Under the pieces are notes generated by a model. That model searched no databases and was not told where the DNA came from. It was given only the letters and a program-made list of their open reading frames with translations. A DNA stretch of 64,000 nt, from positions 1 to 64,000 of IMG/VR virus record IMGVR_UViG_3300037067_026010; one strand, written 5' to 3'. Made by a program: the position numbers and the translations under genes. This document shows positions 28,401-37,254 of this stretch, in pieces. Numbering within the stretch: position 1 is the stretch's first letter; every line of letters begins with the position of its first letter. Origin of the DNA: a virus. Its lineage: Duplodnaviria; Caudoviricetes.

Positions 28401-28491
28401 CGAGCATATTATAAACGTCGATATTCAGCGGCGGCACGTAATTTGGGCCGCTCCAGTTGCTAAACATCGGCGTATTTTCAAATGGTCCCAT
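25426..28491 (-). CDS. tape measure protein (1021 aa)
   Basis: Long Ala/Gly/Gln-rich helical protein immediately after the frameshifted chaperone pair. Confidence 0.65.
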   Translation of the reverse strand: MGPFENTPMFSNWSGPNYVPPLNIDVYNMLGGGTTGGMAQLLGPMVLQSLMGPGKIPAQFAPSQNIYDQLVAQRYFLDSLQASQAALQADTRQAQAIGEGALRMYAGRNTLTPQEQAQARIIAQDATALLPFVEMLGGTEIADQLFGSRGSASLLGRQLFRTMYTGLDPVTGSIGASPRTAGMVATHLWEGLYSTDKYRAEMRGISAGTLGVLYDEAVRRGWSGGGIGAEGTLAERMLRAGDYLPEELDEGTTRRIAVGTTRGRELQALLDAGQTQTAEGRNVLDEFRDLDQRVTAAHQRIRAAKTDENERGRLTDLGDVGEGLLAAGEADRIKQRLSNLTGVVSAMRDIFGDLGRPNAPMRELLNGLDALTQGSMASMDPARVEQLVRTSYNLAKQSGIGMQGLLGLTAQAAGMADQLGMDRALVPGIMQGAMAFGAAARLDTGWDRPAWGRATPEQLMLQGQRLRMAGAVSPLANRWAALLRAQRDNPELFGRDTEAGSMLQALREGRETYAFRGQELNVGFRKEAAGTLRAISQDDILKLMKAGGMSGDAALAYLVDVKANQEMTRDMQLDRAAARAQQQIDYSNTVKRSTQNVIATSRELHTIAQQAPGGQQAFMTRVGDAVNKAFWQMDSTVAATPAERHRVLAETLDKAIGPGRLSQKQLTMLAGQLWSQIDVTASMQGQAESALHLYQLGNPRTRARAVQEEQRAIAVADTQQALSSLGREGMVARISDAVREGRADTSLRDLGAAALGGIDLKELAGRDPTMREFQRQLAAAEGALQMVDPKTGLMTEEGRTQAQRANKMIAALAKGGTDNTQMRETLQKERAWLLKQPDAGQKAARLQSIDKELAALDITSADGLAEHLKRLRRDAPTETERKRDELTTAIRTLEQAPQDKQTQTGLAALKAERDALDEAEAKKHEVPLAERIRSIEQRREGLAKDPQKHAQEIGQLSAEAQQLKKQQADEQAKADAVRAKEQQDKPLKMTVTGGRVHLEGNDMVIDQMMLMPSADYTTVLA

Positions 28492-28494
28492 GTT

Positions 28495-28941
28495 TTACAA
28501 TTCTGGGTGGATTTCCGCAGTATCCGCGTTAATTTGCGCCACTAGCTCGGCCACCATTTTGTCGTAAGCAGGGTCACCAGGTTGGCCAAATTCGGCGCGA
28601 TAATCCTCTAAAATCTGGTCTTGTTCAGTACGTGCGCGATTTTCGTCAAGTTTTAACCACGGAAACAGGCTAGCAAGAATTTTTCGATCGATGTCGTGTG
28701 CATTGTGCCGGGCCGTATCGCGCGTTTCCGCCGACAAATCCGTATTTAAGGACTGAAGACCCCAAAAATGGTGTTGCAGCGTCAAATAGCTGCGATATTC
28801 AGCCTCTTCTACCTCGTCCAGCAGCCACCGTAATCGGCGCCAGCTCCATGTATCGAAGGGATCGAAACCTTTGAAATCGTATTTGCCGCTGGCCGCAGCA
28901 CGTACCATCAAAGAAAATGTTCGATCCCTTACCAAAAATCC
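28495..28941 (-). CDS. tail assembly chaperone, frameshifted (T-like) extension
   Basis: Lies in the -1 frame relative to 28929-30056 and overlaps the slippery site; no strong independent SD. Confidence 0.6.
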   Translation of the reverse strand, partial: GFLVRDRTFSLMVRAAASGKYDFKGFDPFDTWSWRRLRWLLDEVEEAEYRSYLTLQHHFWGLQSLNTDLSAETRDTARHNAHDIDRKILASLFPWLKLDENRARTEQDQILEDYRAEFGQPGDPAYDKMVAELVAQINADTAEIHPEL

Positions 28942-30056
28942 GGCTCTGCCGCTTGGGCCTCCATAACCTCTACCAGCCGTTGGAACTCCTGATGGCATTT
29001 TGCGACAACGCGTCTAACCGGCTCCTGCGCGGCAACCGTTTCCCAAAACCAGCGTGTCATCGGTACGAGCACCGTTTCATGCTTTTCGGCAGGTTGATCG
29101 TATTTTATCGTCAACGCGGCCGGTACTTCAGTAACTGCACCGACTGCAATGAGCTTTTCCGTACTCATAACCAGCCGATATGTCTGTAACCGTGCGACGA
29201 AATCGCCTTCTGTGATAATTTCGCCGGCTTGAGTGTCAAATCGCAGCTGGGTATAGAGCGTTTCCGCTTCTTGAGCCGTTAAACTGCGAAAAATGACACG
29301 TAATTTATTGCCCAACAGCGCATATTCCTTACGAAACCGATCGTTCGCCAGAATGCTTGCCACGAATATCTGACGATCCTCGGCGGTCGGTACGGTTTCA
29401 AGCTGTTGTGCCACGGGCCAATGGCACCGCGGGCAGTGCGTCACCGGCTGTACGGCCGAGGTATCTGACGCTGCGGGCATTTCCAGGGGTGGGACGGGGG
29501 CATTAGGGGCGGACATCGAAGGTATTTCCGGCTCAGGATCCTGTACTGGCCCGGTTTTTGCTTGTGGGAACTCCAGGATCGCAGAAGGTTGTGCGGTAAT
29601 GCTGGTACGTAGCGCTTGGGCCACGGACGGATGTGCGCCCGTCGGTATCCGGGCTTCTACCTGTGCACGTGCAGCCTGCTCGGATGCTTGCGCCGTTGCC
29701 AACGCCTTCGCTTCCGCCATAAATGCCCGTAGTTCTGCTTGTGCTCCGGCTGACAAGCTACTGATATCCACGGCCTTTGGCGTTTTCAGTTTGAAATCTG
29801 CAGGGAGCCCTGTCGGGGGGCCAACAATATCCGCCTGGATGCGTTTCGAGACTTCGTCAATTTTTTCGGCCAGATTGCTCGGAATAGGGTCGCCATCCTT
29901 CCAACCAAGTAGAGACAGCTGTTTTCGCGTCATATCCGTCATATAAAGCTGCCCGGTACCGATCGGTTTGCCATCGACTGTCGGTGGTACGGCTGGCAGG
30001 GCCGGTTTGGCCGCCGGCGGGATGGTGGAACGACTAAAATCGGGGTTTTGCGTCAT
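28929..30056 (-). CDS. tail assembly chaperone (G-like) with a long Pro/Ala-rich N-terminal region
   Basis: AAGGAG SD before MTQNPDF; CPRC; LRVIFRSLTAQEAETL; upstream of the tape measure gene. Confidence 0.65.
   Translation of the reverse strand: MTQNPDFSRSTIPPAAKPALPAVPPTVDGKPIGTGQLYMTDMTRKQLSLLGWKDGDPIPSNLAEKIDEVSKRIQADIVGPPTGLPADFKLKTPKAVDISSLSAGAQAELRAFMAEAKALATAQASEQAARAQVEARIPTGAHPSVAQALRTSITAQPSAILEFPQAKTGPVQDPEPEIPSMSAPNAPVPPLEMPAASDTSAVQPVTHCPRCHWPVAQQLETVPTAEDRQIFVASILANDRFRKEYALLGNKLRVIFRSLTAQEAETLYTQLRFDTQAGEIITEGDFVARLQTYRLVMSTEKLIAVGAVTEVPAALTIKYDQPAEKHETVLVPMTRWFWETVAAQEPVRRVVAKCHQEFQRLVEVMEAQAAEPDFW
28935..28941 (-). other. putative programmed -1 ribosomal frameshift site G GAT TTT
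   Basis: ccG GAT TTT TGG TAA at the end of the chaperone ORF; the -1 frame stays open to 28495. Confidence 0.65.
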
Positions 30057-30066
30057 AAAATGCTCC

Positions 30067-32766
30067 TTATTCGTGAATAACTGCGTATTCAGACAATTGT
30101 TTAGGCATACTCGCGCCAAATTGTGCTAAACGGTACGCCTCAGAGAGTTGCGGCGACGCGCCTCGGTCCGCACAATGCCCGTTTGCACCGTCGTACAGTG
30201 TCGGCGTATGCTGATAATATACCGAAGCGTAGAAATTTTCGTAGCCTGGATATGGCATGCTCACTCCAACCGTGCATTGTACTAATGCCTCCTCCCATTT
30301 GGCCGGCACACCGTCACCCAGCCGTGCCACTTGCTGCCAACGCGTCTCGTACAGCACGAAATCCTGTGTTTTATACTCGTCCATGGTCCGCAGCGTAACT
30401 TCCGCCTGCTGCAGCACGTCCTCGTTGCCCGCGTGATAATCCGCGTACCAAAAATCGGTGAAAATGTCCCGATAATCTGTTTCCGCTGTCTGCAGGAGTG
30501 TTTGCAAGGTGTAATCAGAGGCCTCAGCACAAGTATCCTGGATTTGCTGTAAGAGATCGCCCGTCAACGCGCCTATTTCGCGATCGATTTTGCCAGTTTC
30601 GGTATAGACATGGCCACTTGCCACGTAGAGGTTTCCGCGACTCGACAAATTGCCGTCTATAACCAGCCCGCTGCCTACCGTCACTTGACTGCCGAAGCGC
30701 GCGCCATCCGTACTAAATTCGTTTGCGCTTTGGATTCGTCCGTTAACACCGAAGTACTGGGCAATGGTGCCACTGGAGTAGGTCGTGTGATTCTGGCAGT
30801 TTAGGATGATATTTGCTTGTCCGGCGGAGGCATCCAGGCAAATCTGGCCAGTCGCTATAGATCCGTTGTTGCTGCCCGTGCGTAAATAAATATTTTCCGC
30901 CCAAGTTACGACGTCGGCATTCGCCGCACGTAATTGGATTCCGCTAGCTTGCACGCTTTCCCCGCCTTCCTCATACCGGTAGTCCTGGCTTTGGCCGCGG
31001 CTTTCGATAAGCACGGCGCCAGTCCCGCCATTACCCGCCAGCACTTGTACATGCTGCTCCGCTTTGAGCCTGATGTCGTGCTTCGTCGTCGTCAAGTCGG
31101 CGGAATTTTTTGCGCGGAGAATCAGGTCGTAACCGGCCCACTGGTTTACGTTGCGACCTGCTTTGAGCCAGATATCGCCAGGAGCGTCGATAAATACCTG
31201 GCCTCCGGTGAAACAGATCTGTTCTCCACCTCCGCCATAAAGGACGACTCCGCCGTCCTCCAGGAAATCGAGACCAGCTTCCGTTTGCCAGTATTCTTGT
31301 TGTGCGAGGCGGTGGTCGATGTCCCATTTGACCGGTTGAGGGGGTTCCAGGTATTGTTGTTCGGCAAGCTGCCGAAATGCCAATTTGGCAGTCGTCGTAC
31401 CGCCCGTATGCAGCAACTCGTGTTCTTCGGGCACAGACCAGTCTTTCTCGTGCCAGTAAAAGCCCACGAAACCGGCATAATTGTACAGGTAGGCGTGCAT
31501 GTCCAGAATGCCGGCGGCGCGCTGCAGGAATGCCTTGTCGTCCGTCGTTTGCAGTCCGCTCGTAAGCGTATGCTCCGGCCCGCTGCCCTGCAAACCGGCA
31601 AAACGGTAATTTTCCGGAGTGTCGCCCTGTCCGGGCTGTTCGGGGCGGGCGACACGTTGCGGGGAGATAATAGCACAGCGCTTGACGATCGAAATGCGCT
31701 TAGCCGACTGGATGCATCGCTCGCCGCTCATGGTCACAAAATCGTCGTGCAGCCCGATATTTTGCAGCAGATTGCCGTGGTAGCAGTTTGGCAACGTCGA
31801 TTGTTGCATCGGCGGCGCCTGTTGCAGCTCCTTCCGGCCCTGGCCCAGATAGCCGTGGAAGACGCGGCTGCGATGCCACGGTTGCTGATTATCGTATTTC
31901 GGTTCCCATTCGCTATACCACGGCTGTTGTTCGCCGATTTGCCAATCTTCCGGTTGCAGTTCACGCTTCAGGTTCTGCCGGCTGAAGTAGCCCATCTGCT
32001 CCCACGGGTACGGCGTCCAACCCTCCAGATCGCAGCACTCATCCTGGTCGTTAAGACTTTCCCGCTCGTATCCCGACGTCCAGAATTGCAAATTGTAGGC
32101 GGCAATTCGCAGTAAATCGTCGTGGTAGAATGCCGTGATATTACAGCCCTCACCCGTGCCAAGCATGGCCATGAACGGGTCCAGGTAGATGCGCAGTCCC
32201 GTTTCCGTTATAGCCCCCCACTCTCCGACAGTCGTGCCGTCGAAGGGCCGGCCCGCCAGCAGGTCGGGAATATAGCCGTTGGCGTTCATGCGCAGAGGAA
32301 GCTTATGTGCTTCGTCAACGCGGTTGCGGCTGGCTTGGCAGATTACGTCGGCTAGGGCATAGTCACCAGTGCAGAATTGCGGCGACGGCAACACGCCTAA
32401 GATGATGCCGTACTGATACTGCTGATGTACGAGGGCCACGACGGTCGTACCCGGCTGCAGCGTCCGTAGATCCCGTGTGCCGAAAAGAGAGTGGCTGGTC
32501 GTAGAAAGCAGCGTGCACGGTATGACGTGCTGGCCCTTTTCGAACTGTACGCGGTAGACGTGCGCGATGGCACAGCTGTCGGTGATCGTGCCGACGAGCG
32601 TTCTGGCTGTTTTATCGTGAGCGTGCAGCCATGCCGAGGTTTGGCTTTGAGGGTCCGATTTGAAAGCGTTCTGCGTCGGATCGTCCTGGACGTAATGCGA
32701 CCGCAACTGCTCGCGGCGCAGTGCCATGCCGACGACGTCCTGCGGCTGTTGCACTTTGATGGACAT
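30067..32766 (-). CDS. baseplate central spike protein (gp5/gpV/VgrG-like, 899 aa)
   Basis: N-terminal OB-fold-like GTITD...YRVQF...LQPGTTVVALV; beta-helix repeats GLDFLEDGGVVLYGGGGEQICFTGGQVFIDAPGDIWLKAGRNVN. Confidence 0.7.
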   Translation of the reverse strand: MSIKVQQPQDVVGMALRREQLRSHYVQDDPTQNAFKSDPQSQTSAWLHAHDKTARTLVGTITDSCAIAHVYRVQFEKGQHVIPCTLLSTTSHSLFGTRDLRTLQPGTTVVALVHQQYQYGIILGVLPSPQFCTGDYALADVICQASRNRVDEAHKLPLRMNANGYIPDLLAGRPFDGTTVGEWGAITETGLRIYLDPFMAMLGTGEGCNITAFYHDDLLRIAAYNLQFWTSGYERESLNDQDECCDLEGWTPYPWEQMGYFSRQNLKRELQPEDWQIGEQQPWYSEWEPKYDNQQPWHRSRVFHGYLGQGRKELQQAPPMQQSTLPNCYHGNLLQNIGLHDDFVTMSGERCIQSAKRISIVKRCAIISPQRVARPEQPGQGDTPENYRFAGLQGSGPEHTLTSGLQTTDDKAFLQRAAGILDMHAYLYNYAGFVGFYWHEKDWSVPEEHELLHTGGTTTAKLAFRQLAEQQYLEPPQPVKWDIDHRLAQQEYWQTEAGLDFLEDGGVVLYGGGGEQICFTGGQVFIDAPGDIWLKAGRNVNQWAGYDLILRAKNSADLTTTKHDIRLKAEQHVQVLAGNGGTGAVLIESRGQSQDYRYEEGGESVQASGIQLRAANADVVTWAENIYLRTGSNNGSIATGQICLDASAGQANIILNCQNHTTYSSGTIAQYFGVNGRIQSANEFSTDGARFGSQVTVGSGLVIDGNLSSRGNLYVASGHVYTETGKIDREIGALTGDLLQQIQDTCAEASDYTLQTLLQTAETDYRDIFTDFWYADYHAGNEDVLQQAEVTLRTMDEYKTQDFVLYETRWQQVARLGDGVPAKWEEALVQCTVGVSMPYPGYENFYASVYYQHTPTLYDGANGHCADRGASPQLSEAYRLAQFGASMPKQLSEYAVIHE

Positions 32767-32787
32767 AGCAACCTTAGTTCAAGGCGC

Positions 32788-32838
32788 AAAAACATGGGCG
32801 GCGGCCCGCCGCCCCGGCGACTCCGGCTGGAGTCGCCC
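32788..32838 (-). terminator. possible terminator (double hairpin plus T-run) after the tube gene
   Basis: GGCGACTCC-agcc-GGAGTCGCC, then GGGCGGC-gggcc-GCCGCCC, then atgTTTTT. Confidence 0.45.
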
Positions 32839-32853
32839 AATAGGCACTGCTGG

Positions 32854-33300
32854 CTACTGCACGTTTAAATTAACGTAAATGAATTGGAGTTGTTCGTGGA
32901 TGACGATATCCTGGGCAGCCACGGTTTGTGCGATCGTCGTCAACACGACGCCGCTGAGCGTATAGGTAGAACCTTGGAAGGTACTGCCTTGGCAACCGCC
33001 GCTCGCTTTGAACGTTAAATTGCTTTTATTGCAAATATCGCCGTAGCGCTGCAACAATGCCGTGGTCGCTTGGGACGGCCCAACAATGCGAGACACGCCC
33101 GCATTGCCGGAGGCGCGGCCACCGACGAAATACACGGCGGCGGAACCGATCTCGTAAAGCGTGGTAACCTGCTGCGTGTAATTGAATTGAATATTCTGCA
33201 GTAGCAGGCCTTTCGCGTCGTACCCGGCAAACTGGACGCTTACCTTGTCCGCGCGGAAGGAGCCTTGGAGCTGCTGCTCGACGCCAAAAATATTGGCCAT
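32854..33300 (-). CDS. tail tube protein
   Basis: 148 aa directly after the sheath gene; LLQNIQFNYTQQVTTLYEIGS...YFVGGR; GGAGG SD. Confidence 0.75.
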   Translation of the reverse strand: MANIFGVEQQLQGSFRADKVSVQFAGYDAKGLLLQNIQFNYTQQVTTLYEIGSAAVYFVGGRASGNAGVSRIVGPSQATTALLQRYGDICNKSNLTFKASGGCQGSTFQGSTYTLSGVVLTTIAQTVAAQDIVIHEQLQFIYVNLNVQ

Positions 33301-33435
33301 GTGCGTTTAACCTCCGTGTCAAACCGCCCTTACGGGCTTGATGGTTGTAAGTTGCAAACGCCTGCCCACAGTGGGGCAGGGCGTTTGCGCGAGATTCTAA
33401 ACAAAAACAGTCCCACAGCGGGTTGTCATATTACC

Positions 33436-36303
33436 TCAAATGACCAAATGTAATTCTATGTGATTTAAGGGCGCCGGCACGGTCAAGTTCAGCACCACAT
33501 AAATCCGGTCCCGCAACAAATCGTGAATCTTGATCTGGGCAATCGAGCCGTCGATCAGTTGCGACCCCAACTGTGCCGTGGTGCCGTTGGTCTTGAGCGT
33601 GTCGATAATGGTGTTAATCTCGTGCTCGAGGAGATTGACCATGGACGGCGTGGCATTGCAACGTCCGATGTACGGGCGCAACAAGTTGAGGAAGACGTAG
33701 GAAATGGAGTCTACGTTGCGCCGGATCATCTCTTCGCGACGATTCAGATCCGTTACGTCCGTAGTTAGGGCGTGACGTGTGTACGGCGTACCGTTGTTAT
33801 CCGTTGTGCAAATCCATACGCCGCCATCCGTAAGGTCGTTCAACTGGCTGTTGCTGAAGAACTGCCGTGTACGAGCAAAATCGTCGAAACCGGCGACCTC
33901 AACGTTCGTAAGCGGCTGATGCGGCAACACGCCGGAAACGAGGCCGGCGAGCGCGGCGGTAAGGAAGTACCCTTCTTGGGTTACGCCGGCTGTACCGACG
34001 TAATCGGGCCAAACCATGCAGACACGCGAGCTATTGAACGTCTGTGCTTGCGACTGCAGATCGTCAACGACCTCGGCCTTGGTCAGCGTTCGCCAGATTT
34101 CGACCTTTTGGGCGCTATTTACTGCCGCCCCGTAGTCCTCGAGAAGCAGCAAGGTATTGTTGGAGAGTACGCTGTCCACGGTGAATTCGCTGTAGGATGC
34201 CGTACCCCAGGCGTCGATCGTGAAAATGAATCGAACGATGTCGCCCGCGCGCACGCCGTAAGTGATAAACCCGGCATTACTGCCGGCACTCAGCAAGGTG
34301 TACTGGATGCTGGTCGCGTCGGGATTATCCTCGAGCGTGGCCAGGACGACTTCGCCGTCTGTGGACGTCGGATGCAGCAATTGCTGCGCTGCCGTGGACT
34401 GGCCGACGATTAGTTTGCTGCTGGCCGCCTGCAACGCACCGAACATCGCTTTCCAGTTGCCCGCTTCCGGCGAGGATTCCGTGGCGACATGCGCAGCAAA
34501 CAAGTTCAGCACCTCGGTGTCGAACGTCAGGGGTACGAAATTGTACATGTCATTGCGCCCGTCCACGCGTTCGATAACGTCCTGCCAGCTGTCCAAATCG
34601 TCCGGATCGGCTACTGCCGTATATTTGATTGCAGTGCCGTTTGCATTTTGCAGCGCGCGGAAGATGCCCCATTTTAACGGATTCTCCGGGTCCAATGGGC
34701 CCGGGACGTCATCCAGACTGGCCACGTCTTCGATGGTGTAAACCGCGTCGGCTTTGGTCGGCAACCACTCTCGGTACTCGATATACACGTCGCCGCCGAG
34801 CACGGGCATGGCCAAAGGTACGCTGCTGTCCGTATAGGATGCGTCATATGCCGTAATACCCGCCTTGGACACCAACTGCGTCGTTTCCTTTTCGTAATTG
34901 ACATTGGGCGGGTCGCTGAGCCGGTTTTCGGTGACCTCGATATCTTTGCGGATATACAAATCCAGATCGAGATCGCTGACGCTGCGCATGGCCGTGGGTA
35001 AATCGTCCTGCAGAATCAGCGTACTGACACGCCCGGTTCCCTGCCCGGTAACGTGCACGTAAAACTGATCGCCGTACCGTAATCCCGTGAGAATGTCTGA
35101 GAGACTGATCGAAGCTTGTTCGTCGGTCATGTCGTATCCGCCGACGCCTACCGGCAAAGTCAGCGGCAACCCGCTGGGTTCGCCTGCGATACTGTCGAGC
35201 TCGCATCCGCCGAAGGAAATGGTCAAACCTTGCGTGCCGATCGGAATTGCCACGGATTGTCCTGTGACAATCGTTGGGCCGGAAGCGTCCAGTCCCTTGG
35301 ATGTCGTAACGGTAATCTCCGGCGATGCCGCCCAGTTGCCGCCTTTGGTCACGCGGACAATGTAGGTATCGTCCGCCGCGCCGGTGTACGTTCCCCCGGC
35401 TTGGCAGCAAGTGCGTTCGTAGGCCTGCAGCACGGACACGGTCCAGATCTGGCCGACTGTCAACTCTTCGTCGACAGCTTGGGTGAAGGTTACGGTAAGT
35501 CCCCGCGTGCCGATGGCTGTGGCAACGCCCCAGCTGCCCGGGGTGACTTCTTCCTGGTTGTCTGCGCCGCTTGCCGTCGTTACGCGCAGCCTGGCAGCTG
35601 CACAACCGACAACGGAAGACGCGGTAACTTCGATCGTATAAACGTCGCTGATATAACCGCTTGGCAAACCGTCGTAAGCGGTGCTGTCCGCGGTCATGGT
35701 GATTCCGTCTTGGGCTATGGCCGGTGCGACGGTGCAGTCTGCGGATTGCGTAGCCGGGTTGTATAGATCCGGTTCGCAATCGTCGACTGTGCCGATGACG
35801 GTTTCAGAAGCGAAACCGGCGACGGTAGTCCAGAGCTCCACTTCCAGGCAGGCGTCGTCCGGATCGCTAATGCCGCGAAGATAAACGACGTCGCCGATGG
35901 CTACATCGCGGTCGTAAAATCCAGCGCTGCGCAGGTAGGCGCCGTTGGTGCGGAAGGCGAGCGTGTCGGACCGTATCCAGTTCTTTTTGTTGGCGACTGG
36001 CGCGATCGTACTGCCGCTGTTGATGGGGTCCGTGAAATAACGCAGCAAAGCGTCATCAATGAAAAGACGTACGCTGTCGAGATCGACAAGACCACCGGCG
36101 GTGCGCCCGGGCCATAGGTAATTGTCGTCGTTCAACGGGTCGTAGGCACCGACGCTTATCGAAATTTTTTCCGTTGCGTCGCTGTAGCGATGCAACATGG
36201 CGTTGGGCCCGGAAATATGGGCGCGTAACGGAGCCGACATCTCCGTCGGAACAATCTGAAAGTCCTGGTAAACCAGTACCTGGGGGGTGACGATCGTGGG
36301 CAT
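33436..36303 (-). CDS. tail sheath protein (955 aa, with inserted domains)
   Basis: MPTIVTPQVLVYQ; AALAGLVSG..PHQPLTN; RHALTTD...EEMIRRNVDSI; C-terminal VVLNLTVPAPLNHIELHLVI. Confidence 0.9.
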   Translation of the reverse strand: MPTIVTPQVLVYQDFQIVPTEMSAPLRAHISGPNAMLHRYSDATEKISISVGAYDPLNDDNYLWPGRTAGGLVDLDSVRLFIDDALLRYFTDPINSGSTIAPVANKKNWIRSDTLAFRTNGAYLRSAGFYDRDVAIGDVVYLRGISDPDDACLEVELWTTVAGFASETVIGTVDDCEPDLYNPATQSADCTVAPAIAQDGITMTADSTAYDGLPSGYISDVYTIEVTASSVVGCAAARLRVTTASGADNQEEVTPGSWGVATAIGTRGLTVTFTQAVDEELTVGQIWTVSVLQAYERTCCQAGGTYTGAADDTYIVRVTKGGNWAASPEITVTTSKGLDASGPTIVTGQSVAIPIGTQGLTISFGGCELDSIAGEPSGLPLTLPVGVGGYDMTDEQASISLSDILTGLRYGDQFYVHVTGQGTGRVSTLILQDDLPTAMRSVSDLDLDLYIRKDIEVTENRLSDPPNVNYEKETTQLVSKAGITAYDASYTDSSVPLAMPVLGGDVYIEYREWLPTKADAVYTIEDVASLDDVPGPLDPENPLKWGIFRALQNANGTAIKYTAVADPDDLDSWQDVIERVDGRNDMYNFVPLTFDTEVLNLFAAHVATESSPEAGNWKAMFGALQAASSKLIVGQSTAAQQLLHPTSTDGEVVLATLEDNPDATSIQYTLLSAGSNAGFITYGVRAGDIVRFIFTIDAWGTASYSEFTVDSVLSNNTLLLLEDYGAAVNSAQKVEIWRTLTKAEVVDDLQSQAQTFNSSRVCMVWPDYVGTAGVTQEGYFLTAALAGLVSGVLPHQPLTNVEVAGFDDFARTRQFFSNSQLNDLTDGGVWICTTDNNGTPYTRHALTTDVTDLNRREEMIRRNVDSISYVFLNLLRPYIGRCNATPSMVNLLEHEINTIIDTLKTNGTTAQLGSQLIDGSIAQIKIHDLLRDRIYVVLNLTVPAPLNHIELHLVI

Positions 36304-36347
36304 CCTTGCGGCCTCCTATCCGGGTCCTCGGTGAGGGTGTAATTCCT

Positions 36348-37052
36348 TTACAAGATCAAATCCGCCACCTGGAAACGTACTTGTTTTAATCGTGGAGCTT
36401 CAATCGTTAAATTCCATCGCTCCTCGGCCAAGTATTCACAGCTGACGGGTACGACGTAATGTTCCGTCGCTTCTTGGACGGCCGCTAACTCGCCGATCGC
36501 CGTTAACTGAAAACGATGCAGCGAGAGTTGGTCCGCCAAAAGCGGCCCGAAGAACACCAGGAGTTTGGCAACTTCCGTGGCCAACACTTGGGTCTCGGCA
36601 CCCTGTTTACCCAGGGCAAAAATCGTGTGCGTACCGTGCCAGACAGATAAAAACCCTTGCGTTCCGGTACATGCGTCAACACCTGCCTGGTTTCCGATCG
36701 TCACCCGTTCGTGCCTCCAGCCGCCTTCTTTGAGAAGTAGGGCCGGACGCGCTTCCGTAAGTTCCGGACGCCAACGCGCGAGACTTTCGATATACAAACC
36801 CGTGTTGGCTTCCGATGTCCAGGCGCCTTCTTGTTGCAAGTAAGAACGCAAGGACGCGCTTCGAACATTCTCCGCATTACAAAAATGTTGCACCAATATC
36901 TGCCGTAGCGCCCCGGTCATTATCAGCGGCGTCTGTCCGATCGAACACAACGCACTTAGCTTGTCGAAACGTATTTCCGGTACGCTTCCATTCGGGTAAA
37001 GCGCCTCCACTTCTTCGGGGTTCGCGGCAGGCGTTGGACAAGCTGTAGTCAC
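36348..37052 (-). CDS. putative tail completion/terminator protein
   Basis: Position between neck and sheath; RPALLLK; GTHTIFALG..GAETQVLA. Confidence 0.55.
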   Translation of the reverse strand: MTTACPTPAANPEEVEALYPNGSVPEIRFDKLSALCSIGQTPLIMTGALRQILVQHFCNAENVRSASLRSYLQQEGAWTSEANTGLYIESLARWRPELTEARPALLLKEGGWRHERVTIGNQAGVDACTGTQGFLSVWHGTHTIFALGKQGAETQVLATEVAKLLVFFGPLLADQLSLHRFQLTAIGELAAVQEATEHYVVPVSCEYLAEERWNLTIEAPRLKQVRFQVADLIL

Positions 37053-37064
37053 GCTAATTGTGCC

Positions 37065-37214
37065 TCAAATGGGTGTACGTAGGCGGAATATTCTTGGTGG
37101 CTTATAGCGGTACAGGCTTAATTTCGGTAGCAGCCCGGATCGTACCTTTTCGGCCCAGTCCGTGTTGGGCGGCATGGGTCGTTCGTCCGGCGGCTTGTTT
37201 ACGGCTTGTGTCAT
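37065..37214 (-). CDS. possible small protein (49 aa)
   Basis: MTQAVNKPPDERPMPPNTDWAEKVRSGLLPKLSLYRYKPPRIFRLRTPI* fills the intergenic gap; weak SD. Confidence 0.35.
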   Translation of the reverse strand: MTQAVNKPPDERPMPPNTDWAEKVRSGLLPKLSLYRYKPPRIFRLRTPI

Positions 37215-37254
37215 TTATATTCCAAGATAGGCCGATTATCCTCAAAACGCAATC

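Noticed and set aside
19089-36303. Interpretation as a bacterial eCIS/T6SS/tailocin locus
   Set aside because: Capsid, protease, neck, RNAP and sigma genes are contiguous with the tail genes, which indicates a phage genome
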